Shown here: one piece after another, positions 26,990 through 38,127 of the stretch
How the letters are laid out: each line of letters starts with the position of its first letter
How positions within the stretch are numbered: position 1 is the first letter of the stretch
From: Lama glama
Lineage: Eukaryota
Reading direction: 5' to 3'
Assembly (NCBI GenBank): GCA_028534125.1
Contig: CM052816.1
Location: 60,390,001 to 60,454,000, forward strand
DNA: 64,000 nt
Position numbers and translations under genes: made by a program
Notes under the pieces: model-generated
What the model saw: only the letters and a program-made list of their open reading frames with translations
What the model was told of the DNA's origin: nothing
The model's database searches: none

Positions 26990-28280
26990 TTAAAAGTATT
27001 AAAAGAAGTCCAGTGAGGGAGAACTTACCAGACATTACAACTCACTAGAAGAAAGCCATTGAATTAAAAACAAAATGGTGATGGCACAGAAACAGACAGG
27101 GATCAGAACAGAGAGGTGAGAAATAGATACAGACGTATACGGCATCTTTATATTTGACAAGGGTAACATTTCAATACCATGGAAAATAAAGTTTCTTGTA
27201 GTAACTAGGACTTAAGTAACTTTGTATCATCTACAACACTTAAAATGGGAGTAAGACTTTAATGTTTTTTTTAAATTCGGAAGAAAATTTACATGACCGT
27301 GGGACAGACAATACCATCTAGCAAAACAGGTAACTCAGAAGCAATTAAAAAAAAAAAAAAGACAGACATACTTGATTAAATAGTAAACAACAATTTCCTT
27401 GGTAAAAGATATCATACACAGAGACAAGAACTGTAAAGCTGTATTTGTACACATATAACAAAGAATAAACATTTCAAAAACACAACAAATAGCTCCCAGA
27501 AATTGTGAAAGAAAAAACACTACAAAGTAGAAAAAATGGGCAGTGGAAATGAATAGGAAATGAAGAAAAAAGAAATTCAAATGGACAATGAACATATGTA
27601 AATATATTCAACATCAGTGGCAGTGAAGAAAATGTAAATTAATGATCAGAGATAATAAGATTGGCAAGAATTAAAAGGAACAATGGTATCTAATGCTGGT
27701 GAGAATGTAGGAAGTGGGTACTCATGTGCAAACGTGATATACTCTTCCTTTGGGAAAAATAATGTATTAAAATCAAAAATACACATACCGTTTGACCAAG
27801 CAATTCCACTTCTGGGAATCTATCCTATAGGGAGAAAAAAAGGACCAGTACGTAAGGGCACAGGTACAAAGATTGCAGTATTGTTTGTTGTGGGGCAGAG
27901 GAGGAGCAGGGGATTGGAAGTAATGTGAATGTCCATTCATGGGGAAATGGTTAAATGAAATGTGGTCTATCTATAAAATAGAATATTAGGTATGATTAAA
28001 AAGAGTGGGATAAATCTGTAGACACTGACTTAGAAGGTTGATCAAGTAAGCAAAGCAAATTCAAGAGCTATAATCCCATTATAACAACCACACCAAAACA
28101 ATGAATGTGAATGCACTCATATGTACATGGAATAAGGAATAGAAGAACACAGACCAAACCAACAATGGCCACCTAGGGTTGTGAGTGGAAACAGGGGCTG
28201 GAAGGGATGGGGATAATTTACTTCTTTTTAGTGCACCTTTGTGCTATTTCACTAGTTACTATGAGTTATATTCATTTTAG
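26990..28280 (+). mobile_element. Old L1 (L1ME/L1MC-like) ORF2 3' end, host of the exonized MAST4 cassette
   Basis: Degenerate L1 motifs (aaaacaaaatggtgatggcacagaaacagaca, aaaaatgggca, aatgctggtgagaatgtagga, tgtccattcatggggaaatggttaaatgaaatgtgg). Plus-strand translation IPFDQAIPLLGIYP corresponds to the ORF2p [14 protein letters not shown] motif. Confidence 0.8.
27789..27824 (-). CDS. MAST4: 36-nt alternative cassette exon of MAST4 ([L]IDSQKWNCLVK[R]), L1-derived
   Basis: Minus strand reads ccttacgtactggtcctttttttctccctatag|GATAGATTCCCAGAAGTGGAATTGCTTGGTCAAACG|gtatgtgt. It is phase 2/2 and stop-free after the 32-nt exon, and it matches the recalled MAST4 isoform peptide LIDSQKWNCLVKR. Confidence 0.85.
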
Positions 28281-28389
28281 ACCTTTCACAAGTATTCTTA
28301 AGGAAAATACATTAGCTTTTATTAGTAGTAGTAAAGCAGTAGTACTTCCAGACATTCATCTTTAATAAAATAGTAGCAATTAAACAAAT

Positions 28390-29165
28390 ATTCCCTCCTC
28401 TGCTTACGCTAGTCACCAAAGAGTTTTTTTTCATTGTTTGCCCAATATCCATTCCATCTCTCTGCCATATGTGTATCAGCCATGTGGTTTGGGTGTGATT
28501 GACTCCACCCCATTCTCAGGGACTTCTGAATGGTCTATGCTAATTCTGTCCACCAAAAATGCAATTTGAAGCCACCTATACAATTTTAAATTTTCTAGTA
28601 TTCACATTAAAAAAATTAAAAGCAGGTGAAAGCAATTTTAAGACGTATTTATATTCTGACCCAAAATATCCCAAAATACTGTCATTTCCCATGCATTAAC
28701 AGGTATTTCACATTTTTTCATATCTCAATTGGGACTAGCTACATTTTAAGAGCTCAGTAGCCACATGTGGCCAGTGGTTACCATACTGGACAGCACCAGT
28801 CTGAGCTAATGAGAGTAATGCCATAACTATTACCATATTCAACAGTGGACACAACACCTAAGAAGGCCCAATAGAAGAGAAACCCCATAATGGTAGGATT
28901 ATGATGAGAAGAACCAAGAAAAAAGTAACCATAACCACCCCCCCCAAAAAATAAAAACTGCTGGCAGCCAACTATGAGCTAGGAAGGGAGCCTGCACTGG
29001 GATGAAGGAAAAACTGGATCCTGGTGTCAACACTGAACCTCTGGATCACACCCTGCAAGAAGCCTGGCCTTCCTAGTTACATTAGCTGGTCAATTTCCTT
29101 TATTTTTTTCAGCCACTTTGAGTGAGGTTTCCTATTACTTGCAATGAAAAGTATCCCAATTGATA
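28390..29165 (+). mobile_element. Old MaLR LTR (MLT1J/K-like) interrupted by a MER33-like element
   Basis: 3' end aagcctggccttcctagttacattagc...ttcagccactttgagtgaggtttcctattacttgcaatgaaaagtatcccaa is typical of late MLT1 LTRs. Confidence 0.6.
28541..28797. mobile_element. hAT-Charlie non-autonomous DNA transposon (MER33-like)
   Basis: ctgtcca...gccac...aattttaaattttctagta...cacattaaaaaa and terminal gtagccacatgtggccagtggttaccatactggacagcac. The termini ctgtcca/tggacag are inverted. Confidence 0.75.
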
Positions 29166-29485
29166 AACTCATCCATGGGCAATGCCATATCTAAACAAAT
29201 ACGTTCTTAAGTGAATTAATTCAAATGTTCAACACTTCTTCCATTTATTTGTACTCCAAGTATGCTTTTGTTAAACTATGCTAATTTGGTAATACTTTTA
29301 TGCATCTTCTGAAAGCATGCCCAGAGAAGATTTCCAAAGACTAATCCCTGATCATGCAGAGTCACTCTACACAGTCACCACACAGAAGAGTAGTTCTCTT
29401 CAAGACAATACAGACATGAGGCGTCAGAGGAATCAGTCAGCTCCACTCTCATTCCACCCTCTTTTCTGGTCCTCCCCCTCTAGAC

Positions 29486-29717
29486 CAGTGTTCCCCACCT
29501 TTGGCACTGTTAACATATTGGGTAGGTAAGTCGTCATTGGAGGTGTGCGTCTTCCTGTACACTGAAGGATGCTTAGCTGAATCTCTGGCCTCTCTTTACC
29601 CATGAGATGATAGATGAAACCCCACCCCTTCCAGTAGTTCTAACAATCAAATATGTCTCCAGACACTGTCAAATGTCCCCTTAAGGGACAAAAATCACGT
29701 CTGGTTGAGGACCACGG
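29486..29717. mobile_element. MER20 hAT DNA transposon with 8-bp TSD
   Basis: cagtgttccccacctttggcactgttaacat...aatatgtctccagacactgtcaaatgtcccc...ctggttgaggaccacgg, flanked by ctctagac (29478-29485) and ttctagac (29718-29725). Confidence 0.85.
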
Positions 29718-30227
29718 TTCTAGACCAACCATCAGTTCTAATGTACAACTGACCTTTGTTTTCTGATGATACGACTCCTGTGTGTTCCCTGCATCCTAAT
29801 CTTTGCAGGCCTTGTCTTCTCCTCCTCTAGACATGAATACGTGAACCTTATCTGGCCACGCTCTTCCTCCTCCTCTTCCTGACTACACTGATCGGGAGCT
29901 CTCCACTGCTGTTCTTCTTTCCAGAAGAAACGTAACTAGTCCCCTCTGACTTCAGCTTGAAATCACTACCTGAGCTGCTCCCTGAATCACTCACCCAATC
30001 ATTTCTCATGGGCTTCTCGGAGGGGTATTTGCTCGTTTTTGGTCACTTATTCCTCAACTTCGTTTGCCCCGGCTGGATCACCCATCTCCTCTATCAGTAT
30101 ACCGTAGGGGACAATCCCATCCCAGTCTCTCCAAACTGCATCAGCTCACACATTATTCTCCCTAATACATCCCTAAGACCAAAGTTTCATTATAGCCACT
30201 GGAAAATTCTTCATAGCTTCTCAAATT

Positions 30228-30401
30228 GATCTATAGGTTCAATGCAATTTCGATTAAAAAATCTCCACAGGTAGGAATAGACTTACCATATGACCCAGGA
30301 ATCCCACTCCTGGGCTTGTACCCAGAAGGAAATCTACTTCAGGATGACACCTGCACCCCAATGTTCATAGCAGCACTATTTACAATAGCCAAAACATGGA
30401 A
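30228..30401 (+). mobile_element. Young L1 ORF2 fragment running into the assembly gap
   Basis: Translates to IYRFNAISIK then IDLPYDPGIPLLGLYP...DTCTPMFIAALFTIAKTW (L1 ORF2p). Confidence 0.9.
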
Positions 30402-30901
30402 NNNNNNNNNNNNNNNNNNNNNNNNNNNNNNNNNNNNNNNNNNNNNNNNNNNNNNNNNNNNNNNNNNNNNNNNNNNNNNNNNNNNNNNNNNNNNNNNNNN
30501 NNNNNNNNNNNNNNNNNNNNNNNNNNNNNNNNNNNNNNNNNNNNNNNNNNNNNNNNNNNNNNNNNNNNNNNNNNNNNNNNNNNNNNNNNNNNNNNNNNNN
30601 NNNNNNNNNNNNNNNNNNNNNNNNNNNNNNNNNNNNNNNNNNNNNNNNNNNNNNNNNNNNNNNNNNNNNNNNNNNNNNNNNNNNNNNNNNNNNNNNNNNN
30701 NNNNNNNNNNNNNNNNNNNNNNNNNNNNNNNNNNNNNNNNNNNNNNNNNNNNNNNNNNNNNNNNNNNNNNNNNNNNNNNNNNNNNNNNNNNNNNNNNNNN
30801 NNNNNNNNNNNNNNNNNNNNNNNNNNNNNNNNNNNNNNNNNNNNNNNNNNNNNNNNNNNNNNNNNNNNNNNNNNNNNNNNNNNNNNNNNNNNNNNNNNNN
30901 N
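30402..30901. other. Assembly gap (500 N)
   Basis: Run of N. Confidence 1.
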
Positions 30902-31914
30902 TGCCAGCTACTGCAGGGGGACTGTCACACCCCACCAGCGTAGCCATCACTCGTCCCATGACCAGTCTCAGTGAACTCAGTGTCCTGCTAGTGCTGCTAG
31001 GTAACTTAAGGCTTTTCCTCTGGTTGCCGTGCTAAGTGTAAACTATTATGAAGCGTTTGAGGCCATGCTTTCCAAATTGTTCAAAGAAACCATGACAAGC
31101 ACGGTGAAGACAAGTGCACTCTGTCAAGTCTACTTTATGTGACCCTCACTGTGGACGTCGAGGCCAAAATTCATGTCTTTATAGAACAAAACGCACCCAC
31201 AGCCTTGCTGATTATCTCTTTCTAACTCAAGTGTGTCACCCTGAAGGAGGAAAGGTTGCTTTCCAGCCTCTGGTGGGTGGGAACTCTAAATTCTGGCCAC
31301 AGTTCACTGTCAAGAAACAATCCGAGCACAAGTACATCTCAAATCCTCCGAGCTGTTAGCTCCTCACTTATCCAACAAAGATACTTAGAATTGGTTTCCT
31401 GTTAAGGCTTCTTCCAGCTCTCACATCCTAAGATCACACTTTTCCACATGGACATCTGTGATACCCCAATACCTGCCTGACTCACAACATGGTTTTGAGA
31501 AGTAGTCTGTATACCAGGCTGGGAAAGGTGGGCAGGTTTCAAGGGATGGATTATTCTGGAAGAGGGGTCACTGAGCACAAGGAGTTCCCTCACAGCTTGA
31601 AGCTGCAGAGCCAGAACGTGTGTGGGGTCTGTCTCCATCACACGCCTAGAAACGTGTCACCAGGGTTGACCATGGAGGGACACAAGGCAAGATCGGCCCA
31701 GGAATGTGGAGTCAGCTGTCCCCTTTAACACCTCTCCATTGACAGAAGGGTTGGTAAACAAAGCTGCCCCCAGAATACACTACTCAAAAATGATCTGGCT
31801 TTAATGGACCATCCTCAGCCTACTTGGCAGTCTTTTGCCTAACTCTATAGGACAAAAATAAGTGATGGCAGTAGGGGAAAGAGGGTTTAATTCCATTATT
31901 ATTATTATTATTAT

Positions 31915-32135
31915 TTTTAACAAAACACTTACATAGAACTTACTGCATGCCAGGCACTGTTATAAACATTTTACAAATATTAACTCATTTTATCCTCAAA
32001 ACACTCCAGGATAGTAGAGTACACCCATTTTTACAGATGAGGAAACTTAAGACACACGGAGGCTAAGTAACCATCTGCGGGTCACACAGCTGGTTAAACG
32101 GCAGAGGTAGGACTGACCCTAGGCAGCATGGCTCT
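31915..32135 (-). mobile_element. MIR SINE
   Basis: cttactgcatgccaggcactgtt...aactcattttatcctca...cccatttttacagatgaggaaact...ggtcacacagctggt. Confidence 0.88.
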
Positions 32136-35100
32136 GAAACACCTATTGAGCAACAGACTTGAGAAAGCGTCTTTGAATGAGAGAGCACAGGCACCCGCCT
32201 TGCTCCGTGGGCCACCTGAAAATGCATGCCCAAAGGTACATGCATTTCAATTCCTGTTTGACTCACGTTTGCTAAAACGTCATTTAGTAAGCATGAAGCA
32301 GAGAACTTCCCCTCATGCTTTGGGTATCCAGACACTACCGTCACCTTGAATCTCTCCCAAGAACAACAGTTCCCAGCTGGGGGTGGCATTTTAGATCTGC
32401 AGTGAGAAATGGGCTCCAAGTCCACAAGCCGCCAGCTTCCTCTGCCTCCCTCCCCAGCATGTGTACATGCAGATCCAGATTTGCACTCCCAAGTGTGTTT
32501 GGAAATGCACATATATTTTGATGAACCTCCCTAAGTGACAGAACCTCCCTTGCCTGGGAGCAACACTAAGGTCTTCCTAGTAATTTTCAAAGGTGAGAAG
32601 ATCAATCCTACATTGTTTCCATCCCCCAGGTCTCCTCCCTTACCCACTGCACAAGAGATGAATGCAGGTGGGATGAGGGATGCTGTGAATACATACCAAA
32701 TACCAAACTGCTATTCGATGAATATATAAATGCAATTGACATTCTTTCACAGTCTGAAATCCTTTTTACTCTCAGGATATATTACAGCATTCTCTTTTTA
32801 TATAAACATGCCACTTTAAATGCTAATTCAGATGCAACACTCAATTTTTTCTTCATTTTGTTTCTGGCTTTCTAACATTCAAAATGACACTGGACTTCCA
32901 TTTGGCTTTGACAATAGATATTTTAAATTCTTGCTTCGATATTTGTGGGCTTGGAGGGAAGGAAGTCCTAAGAAGAAAACTAAGTTTATGTTAAAATTTA
33001 TCCAAATATGGTTTGTACTCCCATGTCCTTTATTTTGCCTAAATTAAGCCCTTTCCCTCTTTCAGAAAATGTTGTCTTCACTTTGCTGAAAATCTCATAA
33101 ATCTAATTCAACTCAGTTGTAAAAACCAAGGTGATTCCCTCTTCTTGCATTCTAGAAATAACCTCATTTTACTCAAATTACTTTTCTAAACAGCTTGTCA
33201 AGGCAGTATGTTTTGGCTGAAATACAACCGGCCTGAATATGTCTTCTCTTTAAAAAAAAATACACAGACTGACATATGCCAATTACAGCAACCCAAGCCT
33301 ATCCAATTACACTGAAGGTCATTTCCTGTGTTGGCTCAAAATGAGGAATTTCAGCCTAAGAATTATCCTAATCCAGTGCACCCAGTCCAATTTATCTGCA
33401 GTGAGACAAACTCTTCCAAGTCAAGCAGGGCCAGCTCCACCCAGAAGTTTCCAGTAACCTTCAGAGTCCTCTGCCTCTGTAGTCCTACCCACTCTGACAA
33501 CACTCTCTCCCTCTGCTGCTCACTCTCATCTTCCACCTCATACCTAAATACCCTTTCCTGCCCCTGCCCAAGAGAGACAAAATGAGAAAGACGTAAAGTC
33601 AGTTCATCACCCTCTTCATCCATTTGTTAATTTATACATGTGGCAAAATGGTCCTTGACAGAACTCCCGTATCTGGTGTCCTTGTCCCTCGCCAGTTCAC
33701 CAGAAACATCCCATTAATGATTCATCTTCTGCTGTGCTAAGTGCAGTTCAGGGACACCTTGCCCAAAGGTACATGCATTTCAGTAAGACACTGAAGAGAA
33801 AATACCTTTAAGAGCCAACTGAATAAATATCTAGGGCTGGGATGTTAAGTGTGTTTAGGATGCCTGTCTTCTTTGTGGATAGGGAGGTGGACCTCCCAGC
33901 AGATCTAAAACTGTTGCAAGCCTACAGAACCTTACCCTACTCATTCCATGGCCAGCCTTACTAGACCCCAGCCATTTCAGAATAATAATGAAAGGAAAGG
34001 GCGAATGGAGAAGGGACAAAACTCTATGGAGAGAAATAATACTGCTGCCTTGATCAAGAAATTAAAATAAGCCAAGACAACTCCGAAATGACTTTTAATC
34101 ATTTCAATACTCCCAGCAATTCCTCAGCATGCACAAACATACTTCTCCAGGCCCTCTGCGCACAGGAGGAGCTGCTTTCTGCTTTGAGTTTCTGCTGCTG
34201 GATGTGTGTGGCCAAAAAACAAAGCCAAGAAACAGACCAAGTATCAGTCACTGTTTCTACTAAATAAAGTGATAAGTGCAGATAATTCCGCAGATCCCAG
34301 CACTCCAGGGCTCCATGAAACAGTGCACTCGTGCTCAGGATTAAAGGATGTAGAAGAAAGGCTATTTTAAGTAGCAAGGATAATTTACTTGCTAAGAACA
34401 GATAATGCAGTTTCCTTCTCCGAGTGGGTGAGGGTGCAGACTGGAGGGGGATCTGAAAGATCATTAAAAACCAAGATTGAAGGAGGCCAGAGAGCTGGCC
34501 CCAGCCAATTTCCTGCTCCTCTCTCTAGGGAATTTCATGAAAAAAGAAGCCCCCTCTGTCCTGGAGAGCTGTTTACATGGGCAATTAACAAAACACGAAG
34601 GGGTCCTTTAAAATCAAAGAGTAGCTGCTAGGGACACTTCGGTTTTGCTCTGCACATCCATTAGCTCACACTGTGGGCTTTTTACCCTTTTTCCACTTTC
34701 CCTGCCTGAAAACAAACATCTCCTAGAGAGCTCTGCCCCTTCAAAGTGTCATTTTAGGACCTAGGTTTGTAAAGACAGTTAAGGAACTCACAACACTATT
34801 AGCTCTTTTATAAATATGGACAACTGCAGATTCGCTGTTTTTAGAAATCGTACAATATAAATACCATCTTGTGTCTAGAGTTTGCTTTTAGCTTTTGCTC
34901 AGCGTTGTATTTTTTTTTTTCATTATACTTGTTGATGCATCCACCCTCGTCCATTCACCCCACCTGCTGCCCAGGAGTTCACTGGATGACTGTATCATGA
35001 TGTATTCAATGGATATACAGACTTTAAGAGGAAGCTGAGAGGAAGGGAGCAGAGAGTCTGGCAACTTCAGTTCCAAAAGAAAGAGAAGGAAAGTGATAGA

Positions 35101-38095
35101 AGAATCTGGGATCGAGAAACTTGGCAAATGGCTACTCTTTGTAAGAAGGAGAGGACTAGCTCACATTCGCCTAAACAGAAAGCCAGAGGAGAGGTGGGCT
35201 CTGGGGCTCTGAAGTTGTAAAGAGCTAGAAAAGCCTCTGGAAAACTGATCTGGGGTCACCTGATTATTTAGTAACATCTGGCTTGTAAAGCTGTTTCCTT
35301 GACCTCTCTTGTCTGCTGCCTTTTGTACCATTAAAAAAAAAAAGCCACAACCATGGTCTTCACAACCTCTTAAACACATATGAAACGCAGACTTCAAGTT
35401 AGTCCTCAAAAAAAAAAAAAAAAACACAAGCAAACAAAAAAATGACTGCCAATCACAAATTAGTGGGGAACTGAATTTTCTAGACAAAATACAGTATGCT
35501 TTTTTATCCCTTTCAGTTAATTAGTATTAAAAAGAAAAGCCTACTTTCTGTGTTCTTTTATTTGTGAAAGCTTTCACTGATATATATAGAGTGTATGTTT
35601 TTATCATATGATTCTAGGCATAAAAATTATATGTAATCTTACTTAATAGTAATTTAAAAAAATCTGATAAATTCCTGTGTCTAAATGATGAAAATACATT
35701 TTTAAAATATTACCCAGCAAGACATTCAAATGACAAGTGGCAGATACAACAAATTCAGGTGTCTTCTTCCATGAGTACAGCTTTCCTGAAGGTACACCCC
35801 CTCTGACAATCACTTTGCTGGGTAAACAGAGACAATGAATCAGAGACAACTGTATCACATTGTGCAGTTGCTCACTGTTGACATGGAAAGACAACGCAAC
35901 AGAAGAGCAGGATCAAATTCTCAATCTTTCTGAGAAAAGGTACTGAAAGACCTGAAAGCATTTACACAGTACATAAACTGAGCAAGTGTTAACAGGTTTA
36001 ATGATCAGGTACCATTATGCCGGCTAGCACCAATCCACAAGAAAAACACATGTGAGTCTTTCTTCATTAGATCTGTATTAAAATCACTCGAGCACTTATT
36101 TTATAAGTAGTTTCTTTTTCTCAAAGTCATAAAAGAATCTGCACGAGGAGAGTAATGACCGGCATTCTTTGCGATGGTCACTGAAAACGCAGAGTGGTAT
36201 TATGTCTCAGACATCTATGTCATATGTCATTAATTCTTTTGGGAATACTGGTATTCAATAGAAAATTCAACACAGCATGTTTATTTCCTGCTTGCTTTAC
36301 TTGGAAGTATTATTTTTTTCCAAAATTCACTTTAAAAAAGTAGATTTATGATGACATATATACTATGCTTTACACCCATCATCTGATTGATATGTCCATT
36401 GATTTTTATTAGGAGGGGATTTTAATTGGCTTAAATGTAATTCTGTTCTCTTACTAAGTATTCAAAGCATGGACTCCCAACAAACTGTTGCCAACATCCT
36501 TTTTTTCCATTAAAAATTCCATGTTCTCAAGTAGAGAAATGTAAATATTTTCGTTACCATATATTCCCCCATTGACTCATGGCTATCAGCTAATATGAAC
36601 AGAATCGAGACTTATCCAAGTGCAAAAGGAGATATGGCCCTTCAATAGATATGAGGAATCAATTTTGCTAATTAATATTACCGTAATAATTTATAGAAAA
36701 TATACTAACTCAAACAGAAAAAAAAAAAGAACCATCTACTATAAAGGCTAAATGCAAGATCTGACTGAAGTTTTAAAATTTTAAAATAAAGTTTGGAAGA
36801 CAAACCTAGGATGATTTTTAAACCAAACTATGAGGGAAAAGAGATTTTTCTCTATAAAGGAATTTCATGCATCCTGGTATTTCTGCTTTTCTTTTTTCTT
36901 ATTTCTCATCATGATGGGAAATATTCAAAAAGTCTGAACTTTTCCAAGTCTAGGCAAAAGAGTCCTAATCATAATGCAGAAGAATGGAAGTTTTTGATTC
37001 TAAAGGCATTTCCTATGGCAAAGTATTAGCCCATTAACCTCTAGTGCACAGAGATGTAAGCCGGAAGCTAGTGAAAATTTACTTAGGCTCATTCTCCAAG
37101 AACAATGACCCCGTGTCCCCCTGGCAACTAAAAAAGTAAAGACTAGAATGGATAGTAATGAAATGTTCATGGTTGATGAAGTTTTGGTTCCTAGATGCAA
37201 AGGATGAAATTTTCCAAAATTTTGTCAACAGAATGAATTCTTTCTACAATCACCATATACGTTTCCAATCTCCCAAGTTGAAATTTGCATGAATTTATCT
37301 TAAATACTGTACTTATTTTTTAAAAGGACATTGCCCTAGCCACTAAATTCTTCAATATAAATCAGATACCAAATCCAAATGTTTCTGGACCAGCCCTTAC
37401 AAAGTATTAGTTGGTAACAAATCTATCCTAAATTTAGTAGAATATTAAAAGCAATTAATTTCATTTGCATCTTGTTAATGGGAAAATACTATGATTTATG
37501 CAAATAAATTAGCTTTAAAAATAAAAGGCTGACACACTACAAAGAAATCAAGTCAATGTTCACAAATTTGCTATTTTAACATGAATGTTACATGTTATCA
37601 GTTCAGTAAGGGCTAGATCTAACAGTAACTTTAGCTAATGCAAAGTCCCCATCAATTCAAATGCAAACGTATATATCATCTACTCTGAATAAAATTCATA
37701 ATATAAAACATCAATCACAGGTTTCCATACCATGTAGATAAGCACTAATTCTTTATGCAGACCAATTTAAACTATCTGCAGACCACATAATGGTTTTGCT
37801 TGATTGCATAATAGAATTTTCAAATTTAAATTAAGGTTCTCCCAGGAATAAATATGTATTTTGGCTTACAATGCCCATGAGGAACAAACCCTGGAAACTT
37901 TCTTCGAGTTATCTTTAAGTCATTAATATCTGACATTTACAAATAAATGCAGAGCTTTTTGTTTTCTTAGTTCAGCTGATTATCATTAATCTTCTGATGG
38001 CCACTGAAAATCTAACACATCAGAGAATAATCACATTACCAACTGTATCCCAAAATACAAATAAATCAATAAGGAAACTAAATTAGGCTACTTAC

Positions 38096-38127
38096 AAACT
38101 TCCTCTTCTGGGAAGACTCAGCTCCTT
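38096..38127 (-). CDS. MAST4: 32-nt internal coding exon of MAST4 (KELSLPRRGS + 2 nt; phase 0 in, phase 2 out)
   Basis: Minus strand reads catgttttctttcttccttttgcag|AAGGAGCTGAGTCTTCCCAGAAGAGGAAGTTT|gtaagtag, with a strong polypyrimidine acceptor and consensus donor. KELSLPRRGSF is the conserved MAST2/MAST4 peptide that precedes CRTSNRKSLI. Confidence 0.93.

Noticed and set aside
30226..31035. Long ORFs (269, 206 and 192 aa) in the ORF track
   Set aside because: They are artefacts of reading through the 500-N gap; the real residues are L1 ORF2 or non-coding.
38096..38127. Assignment to MAST2, which also contains KELSLPRRGSF
   Set aside because: The downstream LIDSQKWNCLVKR cassette is one I associate with MAST4. 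A BLAST search would be decisive.
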